This document shows, in pieces, positions 44,764 through 55,049 of a stretch of 64,000 nucleotides of DNA. The translations under genes were made by a program, and so were the position numbers. Positions within the stretch are counted from its first letter, which is position 1. Each line of letters opens with the position of its first letter. Origin of the DNA: Candidatus Poseidoniales archaeon (GTDB lineage: Archaea > Thermoplasmatota > Poseidoniia > Poseidoniales > Thalassarchaeaceae); contig DTUF01000024.1 of the NCBI GenBank assembly GCA_012964335.1, forward strand, positions 35,853 through 99,852, in the 5' to 3' direction. The notes beneath the pieces were generated by a model. It saw only the letters and a list, made by a program, of their open reading frames with translations. It did no database searches and was not told the origin of the DNA.

Positions 44764-47700
44764 TCATTCAATGTCACGTAGGGCCTCAGCAGGGTGGATA
44801 GATGCGGCCCTTCTGACAGGCCAAGCAGTAGCCAAAATTGTAAGCAAATAAGCACCTAAAATAATCAGCGAAATCTGCCCCCAAGGCAGTACGAATTCAG
44901 CGCCTTCATCTTTTAGGAATTTGACGTACAACTGGTAGTGGAAACCAACCCCCACTGCAGCCCCATTCAAAATGCCCAGTAGACTCACCCAAGTCAACTC
45001 TGTTAGATACCCAGCAATAACCATACTTCGTTGGAATCCAAGAGCTCTGAGTATCCCCGTTTGATGAGCCCTCTCAGACACGTTGCGAATAGTAATTACT
45101 CCTAGTCCGGCAATTCCGACTATTAGCCCTAGAGCAAGGAATGCTTGGAGAAGACTGAACATTGCAAAAATGATTGATTGTATCTCTTTGAATTGAACTT
45201 CTATTGCAAATACAATTGCACCTTCTTCTACTAATTCAAATTGCAATACTTTTGCTACTTCTTCTTGTTCTTCAAGAGTCACGCCTGGTGGAAGTGAGAA
45301 CCAAATTGAGGAAGGGGTTGCCTCAAAACGCTCAACAGCAATTGGTTTTGCTACACTGACCCCACTAGCAAACCAACCACTTTCCTCATTCATGACTGCA
45401 CCAATAAAGAAAGTGGCGTTAACGGCTGGATTGAAAGGGTCCTGGACAATTATTGCATCACCAATGTTTAATCCCATACCTTCGTAAATCACACCTCGAT
45501 CACCTTGATAAGACTCAACAGCCAAAGTGAAATCAATCACAACAAGTGTATCATTTTCAAGGATAGCCTGCCAAACATCTTCAGCATTATCCCCCAGACT
45601 TGGTTCCCAAGAATGTAACGGTAAGCCGTTTAAACTCGTGAAATTTGAGTCAAAACCACGTATACTTGTATACGCGGATTTGTTTTCCAAATCTGTTTCA
45701 CCTTTCTGATAAACCTGAACAGTAGCGGTATGCATCGTTGCAATGGCATCAAAATCAGAGGATTGTAGTTCACCTAAATCCCATTCACTAGAATTCTCAC
45801 CGAGGTCAAGGTCTCCGAATGCAACTATTTCCCATTCACCCCGCGCATCCTCTCCAATATCTCCAAGCCAATTACCAACAAGTGCGGAATAGCCAGACAG
45901 AACTACTACTGCAAAAACCACCAAACTGAACATCCCCATGGTCATAGCAGTCCTGAAAGGTGTTGCCAAAGGATAGGCAAGTGCAGTGGGTAATACCGAT
46001 GAAAGGCGACCTGAGATGCTTGAGCCTGCCTTTGCTAAAGAGCGGGCTATCATTGGTGCTAAACTTGTCAGTAACAACACTCCTGCTCCAACCAAGAATA
46101 AACCCAAAATGATGAATGATGCATCGCCTAATTCCCAGTCAGCCCTTATTGGGTCTGTCCAAATTCCCCAACCGAACATCAACAATCCTAGAATTGTCAT
46201 GGTCAAGCGAGGGGTGAGAATCGTGCGCGAAATTCTTGTCCCTCTAAATGAGATTGATTCTGGCAATAATTTCGAAAATGTGAAGAAAAGAGGTGGTACT
46301 AATCCGAAAAGGAATAGGAAGCCTGCCGTTAACCACCACGCATATCGACTACCGGTTTCAGGGTCTCCTATCATGAAAGCAAGCACTGCAGAAACTATTG
46401 CAGAACCCAACATGAAAAGTGAAATGAGAATGGTCCACCAAGGCAGGGTACCTTTCATTCTAGTTGGAATATCACGCATTGCGGCTACAACATTGAGTCT
46501 CGAAATGTAAATTGAAGTCGCCATTAGCGTCATGAAAGTAACTAGGAAACCAATTGAGAATCCACTCAAAAGGCTGTGCCATTCCCAAGAAAAGAGAATT
46601 CCTCGCTGGAAAGTTTCAGAGAGAACACGGTCAAGACTTAACATCAATAATTTGGCTACCCCAATTCCTATGACTGCGCCGACAGCACTTGAAACCAAGC
46701 CGATAAGTGTGCCTTCAATTACGAACATCCCTCGCAATTCCCCACGGTGCATACCCAATGCTCTCAGCATACCCATCTCCGATTTACGTTCATCAGCGAG
46801 CATGACAAAGAGATTCATCACAAGCAATACACCAGCAAAAATTACGAACGAACCAAAAATAAGGAAGAGGGCTGAAAAATTCGCCCCTGAATCCGCAGTA
46901 GCGTCCCTAATCTCTGATTTTAGAGCGACTGTTTTGATACCAACTGACTCCGCTGTGGATATCTCATCTGCCCAGGCGGTAATATTAGCTTCTAATCTAG
47001 AAAGATTATCATCCGATACCAAGGCAAAACCGCTAACCATCACCATACTGCGGACTTCTTCGTCTCGGTTCAGTAGTTGTTGAGCATCGGATATATTGAC
47101 TACTGCGATTGAAATGTCATCAAGCCCTGGCTGACCAGGTGGTGCGGGTAATTCAGGGACTGTGAAGGTGTAATTGAAATCCATCGGCTCAAATATTCCT
47201 CTAGCAGCCGCCATCAATCCAACAACTTGAAGAGATTTGGGCGGTGACAATGCTAATCCATTCGCTGACCAAGTTGAAAGATATAGATCACCAGGTTCGG
47301 GATTAGGAATCCCCACACCCCCTGTCAAGGCAATTGCAACCAAAGGCAAGTTTGAGATTCCATCTACCGATATCTGATATGGCAATCTGCCAGATACATT
47401 GTCTCCATCCGATATCAGAACTCCATAAGGTGATGTGGCGATTGTTCTCTCTCCATCACTCCATGCAGTGCGATTGTCTGAGCCTTGTGCCGGTTGAGTA
47501 TCTGCTAGTGAAAACCCAGTGCCATTCCAGCGGTAAAGACCTTCTTCTTCAACCACCACAGAAGTGGAAGAAACGGATAGGATTTCACCCGTTGGTAAAC
47601 CAAGGTCATGAGCCGAAACAGGAGTGCCTTCAAACCGCGCTGAAGTCAGTTGCAAATCTTGACCATATACATCCCAAGCAAGTCCTCCGGAAGTTGTGAT

Positions 47701-49524
47701 TGAACGGCTTGAAGGCGGGTCAACATTCCAATTACAAGAATTAAATTCTGAATTGATTTCTTGGATAGGTATTTCACAGGTTGAACTAGCGAAAGCACTC
47801 TCTAATCTGAGGTATAGGAAATCACCTTCAAGTGCCAGCCCACCATCCTCTAAATTCTGGCTGAAATTAGACAGGTCAATAGATGCTGAATCCCAAACTA
47901 TTGCCCCATCGCTATAGGCCTCACCAAACAGAATTTCAGCACCCTCATCGGAGATGCGAAGTCCGACCCCTAGGTCATCCTCAGTAACTACTAAACTGAC
48001 CAAATCGCCATCTCCTTCTGGCATTGTGATATCTCGCGAATCCTCATCCTCACTAAGCGCGGAAAGGCGTACACCTCCTGGATGCAAAGATAGGGCGACT
48101 CCATCTCTTACCGAATGAATTGAATGAATCGCTGTTGCATCATCACCCCGCGGAACCCACTGGAACCATTGACTAGTATTTCTCATCTGAACTGAAAGTC
48201 CTGATGGGGTTGCATACCAATCAGCAATACCATCTGAATCTATTGCAGTAACTTCAGCAGAAATTAGTCCGGTTAAATTTTCACCATCACTTGAGATTTG
48301 AAGCAAAGGAGCCATCAGTAATTCAGCAACCGAGGCATCAGGAGAGAACGAAGTTATGTTTTCTCGTAGACTTTCAACTTCGTCTCCGTAAAGTAAACCT
48401 TCACCGCTTATTCGCTGTACTGCTAAGGAGAAGTCCTCTGGCACTGTAGCAATATTTAAGCCCGAATCACCTGCAATAATAACCTCATCAAGAGTTGAAT
48501 TAATGAAGGGTAATGCTCGTTCCTCCGCATTCTGAGCGTCTAAAACGCCACCCGTTGCGGAGATTGCTATTCGGTTGATTTCACCTTCCCGTCCAAGAAT
48601 TTCTTGAGCTTGGGATAGGCTAGTGTAAATTGTTGAATCACCACCATTTTCGTAGCCCGATACTTTAGTCGGTACAATGTCCTGTACTGTCAAATTAATC
48701 GTATCTCGATTCACCTGACCGGTTTCTGTAACTGCTGACCAACTTACTTCAACGATATTACCAATCTCTAATTCCATCTTTTCAGCCGCTTTCTCACTGA
48801 TGTATACCTCCCCATCATTGATCTCCGAGTAATGAGGGCCGTCCTTACCGCCAAATGGATTCCATGTACCCTGGGTTTGGTAATCCGCATCCATCGCCAA
48901 CCAGTGGGCATTATTTGCCTCAACCGTCTTATGTAATTCTGATTTCAAACCAATTTGCATATTGATTCCAATAGAAACTGCATCTATGTTTGAATTGTTG
49001 AATAATGTATCAACAAATCCCTCCATTCTTGATTGGTTCATCCAAAGGGGATTTCCAAAAAGGTCTGAACCACTGATAATAATATCTGCCTCATCTAATG
49101 ATTCGGCAAATTCGGCTTGTAGAGTTGCATCTAGACTATCTCCTACAACTAGACTACTGGTGATAATTGCTGAGCCAATAAGCAGTCCAACAATTACTAG
49201 TGCGGTGTTCCGCTTACGGCGGCGAAGATTGCTAATCGCCATCTGTGCTAACATCCTCCTTCTTCCTGAGAAAATAAAGTCAAGTAATTGCAGAGAAACG
49301 AGTGCTGTCAATAATCCTAAACTGATAGCAGTAGCATACCAACCAAATCCAACACCATCATATGATGTTGATTTCACTACATCAATTATCACCTTAGTAC
49401 AACAAAGGGTGATTCCTACGAACAGAATGCTGAAAAGTGCACCACGACCTAACCTTTGGATTGTGCTACCCTCACCAGCAAAGGGAGATGATTCTTCAGA
49501 GTTTGACAAGTTAATCAACTCCAC
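44764..49524 (-). CDS. Very large FtsX/MacB-like ABC transporter permease
   Basis: NLRRRKRNTALVIVGLLIGSAIITSSLVVGDSL; two FtsX signatures (ERKSEMGMLRALG, ERAHQTGILRALGF); ends RAASIHPAEALR; large extracellular insertions. Confidence 0.88.
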   Translation of the reverse strand: MELINLSNSEESSPFAGEGSTIQRLGRGALFSILFVGITLCCTKVIIDVVKSTSYDGVGFGWYATAISLGLLTALVSLQLLDFIFSGRRRMLAQMAISNLRRRKRNTALVIVGLLIGSAIITSSLVVGDSLDATLQAEFAESLDEADIIISGSDLFGNPLWMNQSRMEGFVDTLFNNSNIDAVSIGINMQIGLKSELHKTVEANNAHWLAMDADYQTQGTWNPFGGKDGPHYSEINDGEVYISEKAAEKMELEIGNIVEVSWSAVTETGQVNRDTINLTVQDIVPTKVSGYENGGDSTIYTSLSQAQEILGREGEINRIAISATGGVLDAQNAEERALPFINSTLDEVIIAGDSGLNIATVPEDFSLAVQRISGEGLLYGDEVESLRENITSFSPDASVAELLMAPLLQISSDGENLTGLISAEVTAIDSDGIADWYATPSGLSVQMRNTSQWFQWVPRGDDATAIHSIHSVRDGVALSLHPGGVRLSALSEDEDSRDITMPEGDGDLVSLVVTEDDLGVGLRISDEGAEILFGEAYSDGAIVWDSASIDLSNFSQNLEDGGLALEGDFLYLRLESAFASSTCEIPIQEINSEFNSCNWNVDPPSSRSITTSGGLAWDVYGQDLQLTSARFEGTPVSAHDLGLPTGEILSVSSTSVVVEEEGLYRWNGTGFSLADTQPAQGSDNRTAWSDGERTIATSPYGVLISDGDNVSGRLPYQISVDGISNLPLVAIALTGGVGIPNPEPGDLYLSTWSANGLALSPPKSLQVVGLMAAARGIFEPMDFNYTFTVPELPAPPGQPGLDDISIAVVNISDAQQLLNRDEEVRSMVMVSGFALVSDDNLSRLEANITAWADEISTAESVGIKTVALKSEIRDATADSGANFSALFLIFGSFVIFAGVLLVMNLFVMLADERKSEMGMLRALGMHRGELRGMFVIEGTLIGLVSSAVGAVIGIGVAKLLMLSLDRVLSETFQRGILFSWEWHSLLSGFSIGFLVTFMTLMATSIYISRLNVVAAMRDIPTRMKGTLPWWTILISLFMLGSAIVSAVLAFMIGDPETGSRYAWWLTAGFLFLFGLVPPLFFTFSKLLPESISFRGTRISRTILTPRLTMTILGLLMFGWGIWTDPIRADWELGDASFIILGLFLVGAGVLLLTSLAPMIARSLAKAGSSISGRLSSVLPTALAYPLATPFRTAMTMGMFSLVVFAVVVLSGYSALVGNWLGDIGEDARGEWEIVAFGDLDLGENSSEWDLGELQSSDFDAIATMHTATVQVYQKGETDLENKSAYTSIRGFDSNFTSLNGLPLHSWEPSLGDNAEDVWQAILENDTLVVIDFTLAVESYQGDRGVIYEGMGLNIGDAIIVQDPFNPAVNATFFIGAVMNEESGWFASGVSVAKPIAVERFEATPSSIWFSLPPGVTLEEQEEVAKVLQFELVEEGAIVFAIEVQFKEIQSIIFAMFSLLQAFLALGLIVGIAGLGVITIRNVSERAHQTGILRALGFQRSMVIAGYLTELTWVSLLGILNGAAVGVGFHYQLYVKFLKDEGAEFVLPWGQISLIILGAYLLTILATAWPVRRAASIHPAEALRDIE

Positions 49525-50238
49525 TTATTCTTCTTCAGAGTTTCCAATTTCCACGAGCCTCTCATCACTCGTAATCAAGCCATCTTGAATTGTCACAAGC
49601 CTAGTACACCGACGTGCAACATCCTCCTCATGAGTGACGATGACGAATGTAATCCCCTTCTCCCTATTCAGATTAACAAGTAAATCCATCACAGAATCTG
49701 AAGTTGTTGTATCTAGGTTTCCAGTTGGCTCATCTGCTAAAATTAACGCTGGTTGATGAGCAAAGGCACGGGCAATTGTTACTCGTTGTTGTTGCCCACC
49801 AGATAATTCCGCAGGCAAATGGCCTGCCCATTCTTTTAGATTAACTGCATCTAACGCCTCTAAAGCAATGGCTCTTGCATCCTTGCTTGATTTTCCTTTC
49901 AAAATAAGTGGTAATTCAACGTTCTCAACAGCAGAAAGAACTGGAATCAAATTGAAAGACTGAAACACAAATCCAAGGCGGTTCTTGCGCATGTTAGTTC
50001 GCTCCCTATCAGACATTTCAGAGAGAGGTTGACCATCTACCAAGACTTCACCAGCTGTGAACTCATCAAGACTTGAAACGCAATTTAGAAATGTGGTTTT
50101 ACCACAGCCAGATGGCCCCATTATGGCAACCATCTCTCCTTCTGCAATCTCCAAGTCAACTCCCTTGAGAGCCTTCACCTTAACTGAACCTGTATCATAG
50201 ACCTTCCACAATTGTTGTGCTTGAAGTACTGTGGTCAT
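49525..50238 (-). CDS. ABC transporter ATP-binding protein (LolD/MacB-like)
   Basis: GPSGCGKTT, GFVFQSFNLIP, LSGGQQQRV, ILADEPTGNLD, VTHE; abuts the permease gene. Confidence 0.95.
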   Translation of the reverse strand: MTTVLQAQQLWKVYDTGSVKVKALKGVDLEIAEGEMVAIMGPSGCGKTTFLNCVSSLDEFTAGEVLVDGQPLSEMSDRERTNMRKNRLGFVFQSFNLIPVLSAVENVELPLILKGKSSKDARAIALEALDAVNLKEWAGHLPAELSGGQQQRVTIARAFAHQPALILADEPTGNLDTTTSDSVMDLLVNLNREKGITFVIVTHEEDVARRCTRLVTIQDGLITSDERLVEIGNSEEE

Positions 50239-50292
50239 GTAGTATCGGGTGGGTTGCACACCTATAATACAGGCAGGACCACAGATGAAAAC

Positions 50293-50553
50293 ATGGGAGA
50301 GGAGGGGCCTACCAACGCGGTCAAATTCACGGTTCGGTTATTCGGGCCTTTAGCGGAAAAGTTTGGCACCAACACTCTTGAATTTCCCTTGAATGTTGGC
50401 GCTACTATTCGGGACCTTGCTGGGCGTCTGCAGATTGAAGGAATGCTTGATAATGGCCTGAAAGTTGCACTTAACGGGGAATTCTGTTCCCCGGATGTTG
50501 AAATCCCTGATGCTAGTGAAATTGCATTTTTACCACCAGTGTCTGGTGGTTGA
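50293..50553 (+). CDS. MoaD/ThiS family ubiquitin-like sulfur carrier (SAMP-like)
   Basis: VRLFGPLAE, VALNGEF, C-terminal EIAFLPPVSGG; start moved to ATG 50293. Confidence 0.88.
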   Translation: MGEEGPTNAVKFTVRLFGPLAEKFGTNTLEFPLNVGATIRDLAGRLQIEGMLDNGLKVALNGEFCSPDVEIPDASEIAFLPPVSGG

Positions 50554-50655
50554 GAGTGCTATATCACATCCTGACGTATTTTACCCCAATTGTAGTGCTT
50601 TCCGCCGAATCATTCAATGGATAAAACCGACACGAGGGGGTTAGAGGTAGTACCC

Positions 50656-50928
50656 ATGATGCCGTCAAGTTCAGAGATGCTGTTCATTCTCGCCCTTTTT
50701 GTATTGTTTTTTGGAATTGATAGATTGCCGAAGTTAGCCCGTTCTCTTGGAATGGCAAAAGGCGAATTTCAGAAGGGAATTGGCGATTCCCACAACGCAA
50801 CCGAAGCGGATCTTGAACGCGGAGGTAAAACTGAAACAGCAGAACTCACCGAGAAGGCAGAATCTGCTGGAGTAGAAATTGAAGGAAAGACTGTAGATGA
50901 AGTCAAGGATGACCTCTCCGAAGAGTGA
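50656..50928 (+). CDS. tatA: Twin-arginine translocase TatA/E subunit
   Basis: E...IL...VLFFG..RLPKLARSLGMAKGEFQKG. Confidence 0.9.
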   Translation: MMPSSSEMLFILALFVLFFGIDRLPKLARSLGMAKGEFQKGIGDSHNATEADLERGGKTETAELTEKAESAGVEIEGKTVDEVKDDLSEE

Positions 50929-50929
50929 A

Positions 50930-51430
50930 TTACTTTTTCCGAATATTGTAAGGCGAGCCACAATCGCTACAATTACCGTACTCGCCGCGCTTTTTGGATA
51001 CGTTCTGCTCACTGCTAATCGCACCACATCCAGAGCATACTAACTGCCACAACCAACGTTCAGAAATCCCATCAGTCAATACAGGTTGATGCTCAATTCC
51101 AGCAACTAAACAACAATTTTGTAGACGGTAATCATCGGTTACAAGAGTTGCTTCTAACTCTAAAGCGAGTGCTAAAATCTCTAAATCCACTGGTGACAAT
51201 CCAGCCAAATCCCCACTCTCAGATGCAACTTTAGAAGCTTGTTCAAGTGAATTAGCAGATGGAGTAGACCATTGTAAATCAGCCCCATCCAATAACATCT
51301 CTCTGTCAGAAGATAGTCTAGCAAGTTCTTCTCTTTGTCCAAATACTACACACCCAGTTAATTGGGGTAAAGGCCAGTGGAGTAGGGCCGCGGTGTCCAA
51401 AACACGCATGAACACTGGTTGAGCCATCAC
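50930..51430 (-). CDS. nob1: Nob1-like PIN-domain endonuclease with Zn ribbon
   Basis: VLDTAALL, SGD...LSPVDLEILALAL, LVTDDYRLQN, CSGC..CSDCGS. Confidence 0.82.
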   Translation of the reverse strand: MMAQPVFMRVLDTAALLHWPLPQLTGCVVFGQREELARLSSDREMLLDGADLQWSTPSANSLEQASKVASESGDLAGLSPVDLEILALALELEATLVTDDYRLQNCCLVAGIEHQPVLTDGISERWLWQLVCSGCGAISSEQNVSKKRGEYGNCSDCGSPYNIRKK

Positions 51431-51495
51431 TCAATGAGCGTGCCGGTCTCACCTCAAAGGCGAAGATTGATGCATGGAGTGGTTAGCGAGAAAAC

Positions 51496-52095
51496 GTGAG
51501 TGGATTTTCAGAACTAGTGGAGCAGGCAACTCTTTGGTTTGCCTCAATAGGCTTAGCAGGTCTAGGTTTGATGTCCTTCACTGAGGCGTTTATCCAGCCA
51601 ATACCACCTGATGCACTTGTTATTCCGATGGCTGCGAGCACTTCTGATCCTTTCCGCCTGGTATCAATTTTCTTGGTAGTGACAATCGCTAGTGTTCTTG
51701 GCTCACTAGTTGCTTGGTGGATGGGAGATAAGTGGGGTCAACCATTGCTTGAAAGATTCGCTTCAGACAGTGCCGTTCGCAAGTTCAACACACTAGTCAA
51801 AAGATATGGTGGTTTTGGGATATTTATTGCCGCCTTCACACCTATCCCGTACAAAGTTCTTGGATGGTGCGCAGGGATAGGGAAAATGGACCGAAGCACA
51901 TTCGTTCTTGCTGGGTTTATTGGCCGTTCAATGCGGTTCGGATTGGAGGTCCTCGTGATAGGTGTTTATGGCGAGCAGTTTATTGATTTCCTTAGTGGCT
52001 GGGAGTTCATTATTGCCTCACTTTTTGGCGCACTTCTTCTATATCCTGCATGGATTTGGTGGCAAGGCCTATCTGAGTTTGATGAAGAAGAGTAA
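51496..52095 (+). CDS. DedA/YqaA (VTT) membrane protein
   Basis: SFTEAFIQPIPPD, ASVLGS, AFTPIPYKV, GRSMRF. Confidence 0.88.
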   Translation: MSGFSELVEQATLWFASIGLAGLGLMSFTEAFIQPIPPDALVIPMAASTSDPFRLVSIFLVVTIASVLGSLVAWWMGDKWGQPLLERFASDSAVRKFNTLVKRYGGFGIFIAAFTPIPYKVLGWCAGIGKMDRSTFVLAGFIGRSMRFGLEVLVIGVYGEQFIDFLSGWEFIIASLFGALLLYPAWIWWQGLSEFDEEE

Positions 52096-52139
52096 GCAAC
52101 CGATTCGGTTATGCACCTAACCCCCGCCCCGAGGCTGTG

Positions 52140-52214
52140 GCTCGCGTGGTGTAGTCCGGCCCATCATTGCAGGTTTTCATCCTGTCTACCCGGGTTCGAA
52201 TCCCGGCGCGAGCA
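52140..52214 (+). tRNA. tRNA-Glu(TTC), full CCA not encoded
   Basis: GCTCGCG/CGCGAGC acceptor stem, archaeal Glu-type D-arm TGGTGTAGTCCGGCC, GCAGG-TTTTCAT-CCTGT anticodon arm, GGTTCGAATCC T-arm. Confidence 0.92.
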
Positions 52215-52439
52215 CCTAAGATAGTAATTGGTAGCAACGGTGCTAGATTCTAGTCGCTACCCACTATCTAAAATTAAATTAAAATTTTTGTTCTAAACAT
52301 AGAGAAGTGACCCTTTTAATTCATTTAATTAATAACTGATAATATGGCTATCATGGATGGGATACCAAGATTTTTCGCCCCTATGGGGCGATGTAAAATT
52401 TAAACTGGATATAATCAGCAATTCCAATAGGGTAGCGGC

Positions 52440-55049
52440 ATGTATGGCCTCTTTGTGGCAAGCAACCTCCGACTTACACTGTTTCTCGCCGCCCTACTGC
52501 TAATTGCAAGTTTAGCGGCAATTGCGAATAATAATCGAATTGAATCAGATTCTAGCAACGTGTATCTAGAATTGGACGATTACTCCCCTACCAGCGCTAG
52601 AAGTGAAACGCAAATCACACTCTCAGTTTGGTACACCTTCGCTTCTGAGAGTAAAGAAGAAGAAACATATTTGGATGCTATAGGAGGTTTTGAGCAGGCA
52701 AATCCACACATTTCCGTTGAATCAACAATGGTCCCATATGGTAATGCGGACCAACTTTTCATGACTGCCGCCCAAGGCGGAGAAGCACCTGACCTAGTAC
52801 GTCTTTCAAGTGACCAGCTCGGTAAGATAGGGGAGGTAAGGGTGGATGGTTACCCACTATTGGAAGATTTACGGCCCCACTTAACACCTAATCAGCTTGG
52901 CCAGTTTGACCAGCGTGCAGTAACCGGGATGTACTACGGAGAATCCCTCTTAGGTATACCAGCCAGCCAAGATTGTCTTTCATTATTGTATAATAAAGCA
53001 ATTTTTGATGCTCAAGGACTGGATTATCCCGATGATACTTGGACTACTGATGATCTTCTCTCAGCCGCTAAAAACCTCACTTACGGTGATGTCAAAGGAC
53101 TTGCATTGCCTGTTAAAGTGGCTTACTGGTGGTTCCCATTTCAGGAAGGTTTTGGTGGCCATCTGTTTGATGAAAGTGGAAATCCGACCTTAGATTCTAA
53201 CGGTTCTGCTGCAGCTGTTGATTGGTTATTCGCTTTGGAGAAAGAACACGGTGTGGTTGCAACGGGGACACAAATTGAATCAATGAAATCCCAATTTATC
53301 ACTTCCAAAGCAGCAATGATTGTTGATGGTCCTTGGAATTGGGCAACATACGAATCTAGCCGTCTCAATGTAGGCCAGTCACTTCTGCCAATCGTTGAGG
53401 AGAGTGGACTACGAAGTTCACCATTGGTTACTTACAAAGGTTGGTCGGTGACAAAACAGAGTAGCCAGAAAGTCGCTTCTACTGACCTGGCATTGTGGTT
53501 ATCTTCACCATCTGTTCAGCGAGATTTTGCACTTGATACTTACACAATGCCAACTTCAATTGAGTTGTACACAGACCCCCAAATTACTGAAAATGAGGTT
53601 ATTTCAGGGTTTTTATCGCAAGCACAAGTTGGAACACCTGCCCCAACAACAAGAGGAATGGCTCTAGTGTATGGTCCACTAGGCACAGCCTTTGAGCAGG
53701 TGTACACCGACTCTTCAACATCACAACAAGCATTGAGTGGAGCAAATTCAGAATTGATTAATTTGTTAGCAGAATCACAACAAGCAGAAGCCTCCCAATT
53801 GGTTGATGGTTATCGAACTATCAGTATTTCATTCATTGATGAAAGTGGATACGACTTGTATCGTATTTCTTTTGATGGTGAAGAACATTCAACCTATCCC
53901 AACAATGCTGATTGTTTCAACACTGAGAGTCAATGGAACTGCAACTTAACAGGAATGATTCCCGGGAAAATGCATGATATTTTGGTTATTGGTGAAGGCC
54001 TTAACGGAACGTCTGAATCTTCCACTTTATTGACTATGAATATGTCAAGCGAGGTGCAAGATGAAATTCCACCTCCGGCAGATACATCTCCAATTCTATT
54101 TGCTGTCGGTTCAATCGTTTTTTCACTCATCGCTCTACTTTCATTCCTGCGTTGGCGCGATGCACGGGCCGGAAAAACCCGTTCTAAACTCGCCCACTTT
54201 TATGTCGCGCCAGCTCTTGTCGCGTTAGCAGTCCTCACTTTTTATCCTGTTTTCTACGGAATTTGGCTATCTTTCACTAATGCTGACCAGACTCACTTAG
54301 GAGAACAAGCATGGGTCGGTCTTGCAAATTTCGCTGAAGTTTTTACTGAGTCAGGGTTTGTCAGAGTTACTCTCTTCACACTGATTTGGACAGTCGTGAA
54401 TGTTAGCGCACATATTGGACTTGGCCTATTACTAGCAATTCTCCTGAATAACAAACATGTGAGGGGAAGGGTTGCTTATCGCACAATACTTCTCTTGCCT
54501 TGGGCAATACCATCGTACATCTCCGTCCTAGTGTGGCGAGGTATGCTAGAGCCCGCTGGGCTTATCAACGACATTCTTGGCACTGATTTCAATTTCTTAG
54601 CCGACCCAACTGGTGCGAAAGCGCTAGTTATAATGGTCAACATTTGGCTCGGTGTTCCTTTCATGATGATGTCACTTAGTGGGGCATTGCAATCACTACC
54701 TCAAGAAATGTATGAAGCGGCAGAACTGGATGGTATCTCTAGTTGGGCACGGTTCCGTCACCTGACTCTTCCTAACTTAAAATCGGCTATGGTTCCTCTT
54801 TCATTGCTTGGATTTATTTGGACATTTAACATGTTCAATGTCATCTATCTAATGACTGATGGCGGGCCTAACCTCTACTTTGGTGAACCAGGTTCAACAG
54901 ATATTCTCATCACTTATGTGTATGATATTGCCTTCAGGGATGGCGCTTACGGTGTAGCTGCTGCATGGTCTGTTGTCATCTTCTTGATGTTACTAGGATT
55001 CTCAGTGGTTTACATGAAGCAAACCAATGCAACGGAGGCGGTCACATGA
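52440..55049 (+). CDS. Fused maltodextrin-binding protein (MalE-like) and carbohydrate ABC permease (MalF-like)
   Basis: SBP motifs (GEAPDL, LLYNK, AAMIVDGPW) followed by permease motifs (VGLANF, LPWAIP, WLGVPF, EMYEAAELDG, FNMFNVIYL). Confidence 0.88.
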   Translation: MYGLFVASNLRLTLFLAALLLIASLAAIANNNRIESDSSNVYLELDDYSPTSARSETQITLSVWYTFASESKEEETYLDAIGGFEQANPHISVESTMVPYGNADQLFMTAAQGGEAPDLVRLSSDQLGKIGEVRVDGYPLLEDLRPHLTPNQLGQFDQRAVTGMYYGESLLGIPASQDCLSLLYNKAIFDAQGLDYPDDTWTTDDLLSAAKNLTYGDVKGLALPVKVAYWWFPFQEGFGGHLFDESGNPTLDSNGSAAAVDWLFALEKEHGVVATGTQIESMKSQFITSKAAMIVDGPWNWATYESSRLNVGQSLLPIVEESGLRSSPLVTYKGWSVTKQSSQKVASTDLALWLSSPSVQRDFALDTYTMPTSIELYTDPQITENEVISGFLSQAQVGTPAPTTRGMALVYGPLGTAFEQVYTDSSTSQQALSGANSELINLLAESQQAEASQLVDGYRTISISFIDESGYDLYRISFDGEEHSTYPNNADCFNTESQWNCNLTGMIPGKMHDILVIGEGLNGTSESSTLLTMNMSSEVQDEIPPPADTSPILFAVGSIVFSLIALLSFLRWRDARAGKTRSKLAHFYVAPALVALAVLTFYPVFYGIWLSFTNADQTHLGEQAWVGLANFAEVFTESGFVRVTLFTLIWTVVNVSAHIGLGLLLAILLNNKHVRGRVAYRTILLLPWAIPSYISVLVWRGMLEPAGLINDILGTDFNFLADPTGAKALVIMVNIWLGVPFMMMSLSGALQSLPQEMYEAAELDGISSWARFRHLTLPNLKSAMVPLSLLGFIWTFNMFNVIYLMTDGGPNLYFGEPGSTDILITYVYDIAFRDGAYGVAAAWSVVIFLMLLGFSVVYMKQTNATEAVT

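Noticed and set aside
27188-49588. Many 60-210 aa + strand ORFs antisense to the giant, 1078-aa and permease genes
   Set aside because: Shadow ORFs produced by codon bias of the real minus-strand genes; low-complexity translations without motifs
52140-52214. Reading the anticodon as CAT (Met)
   Set aside because: With the 5-bp stem GCAGG/CCTGT the 7-nt loop is TT-TTC-AT, and the D-arm is Glu-type
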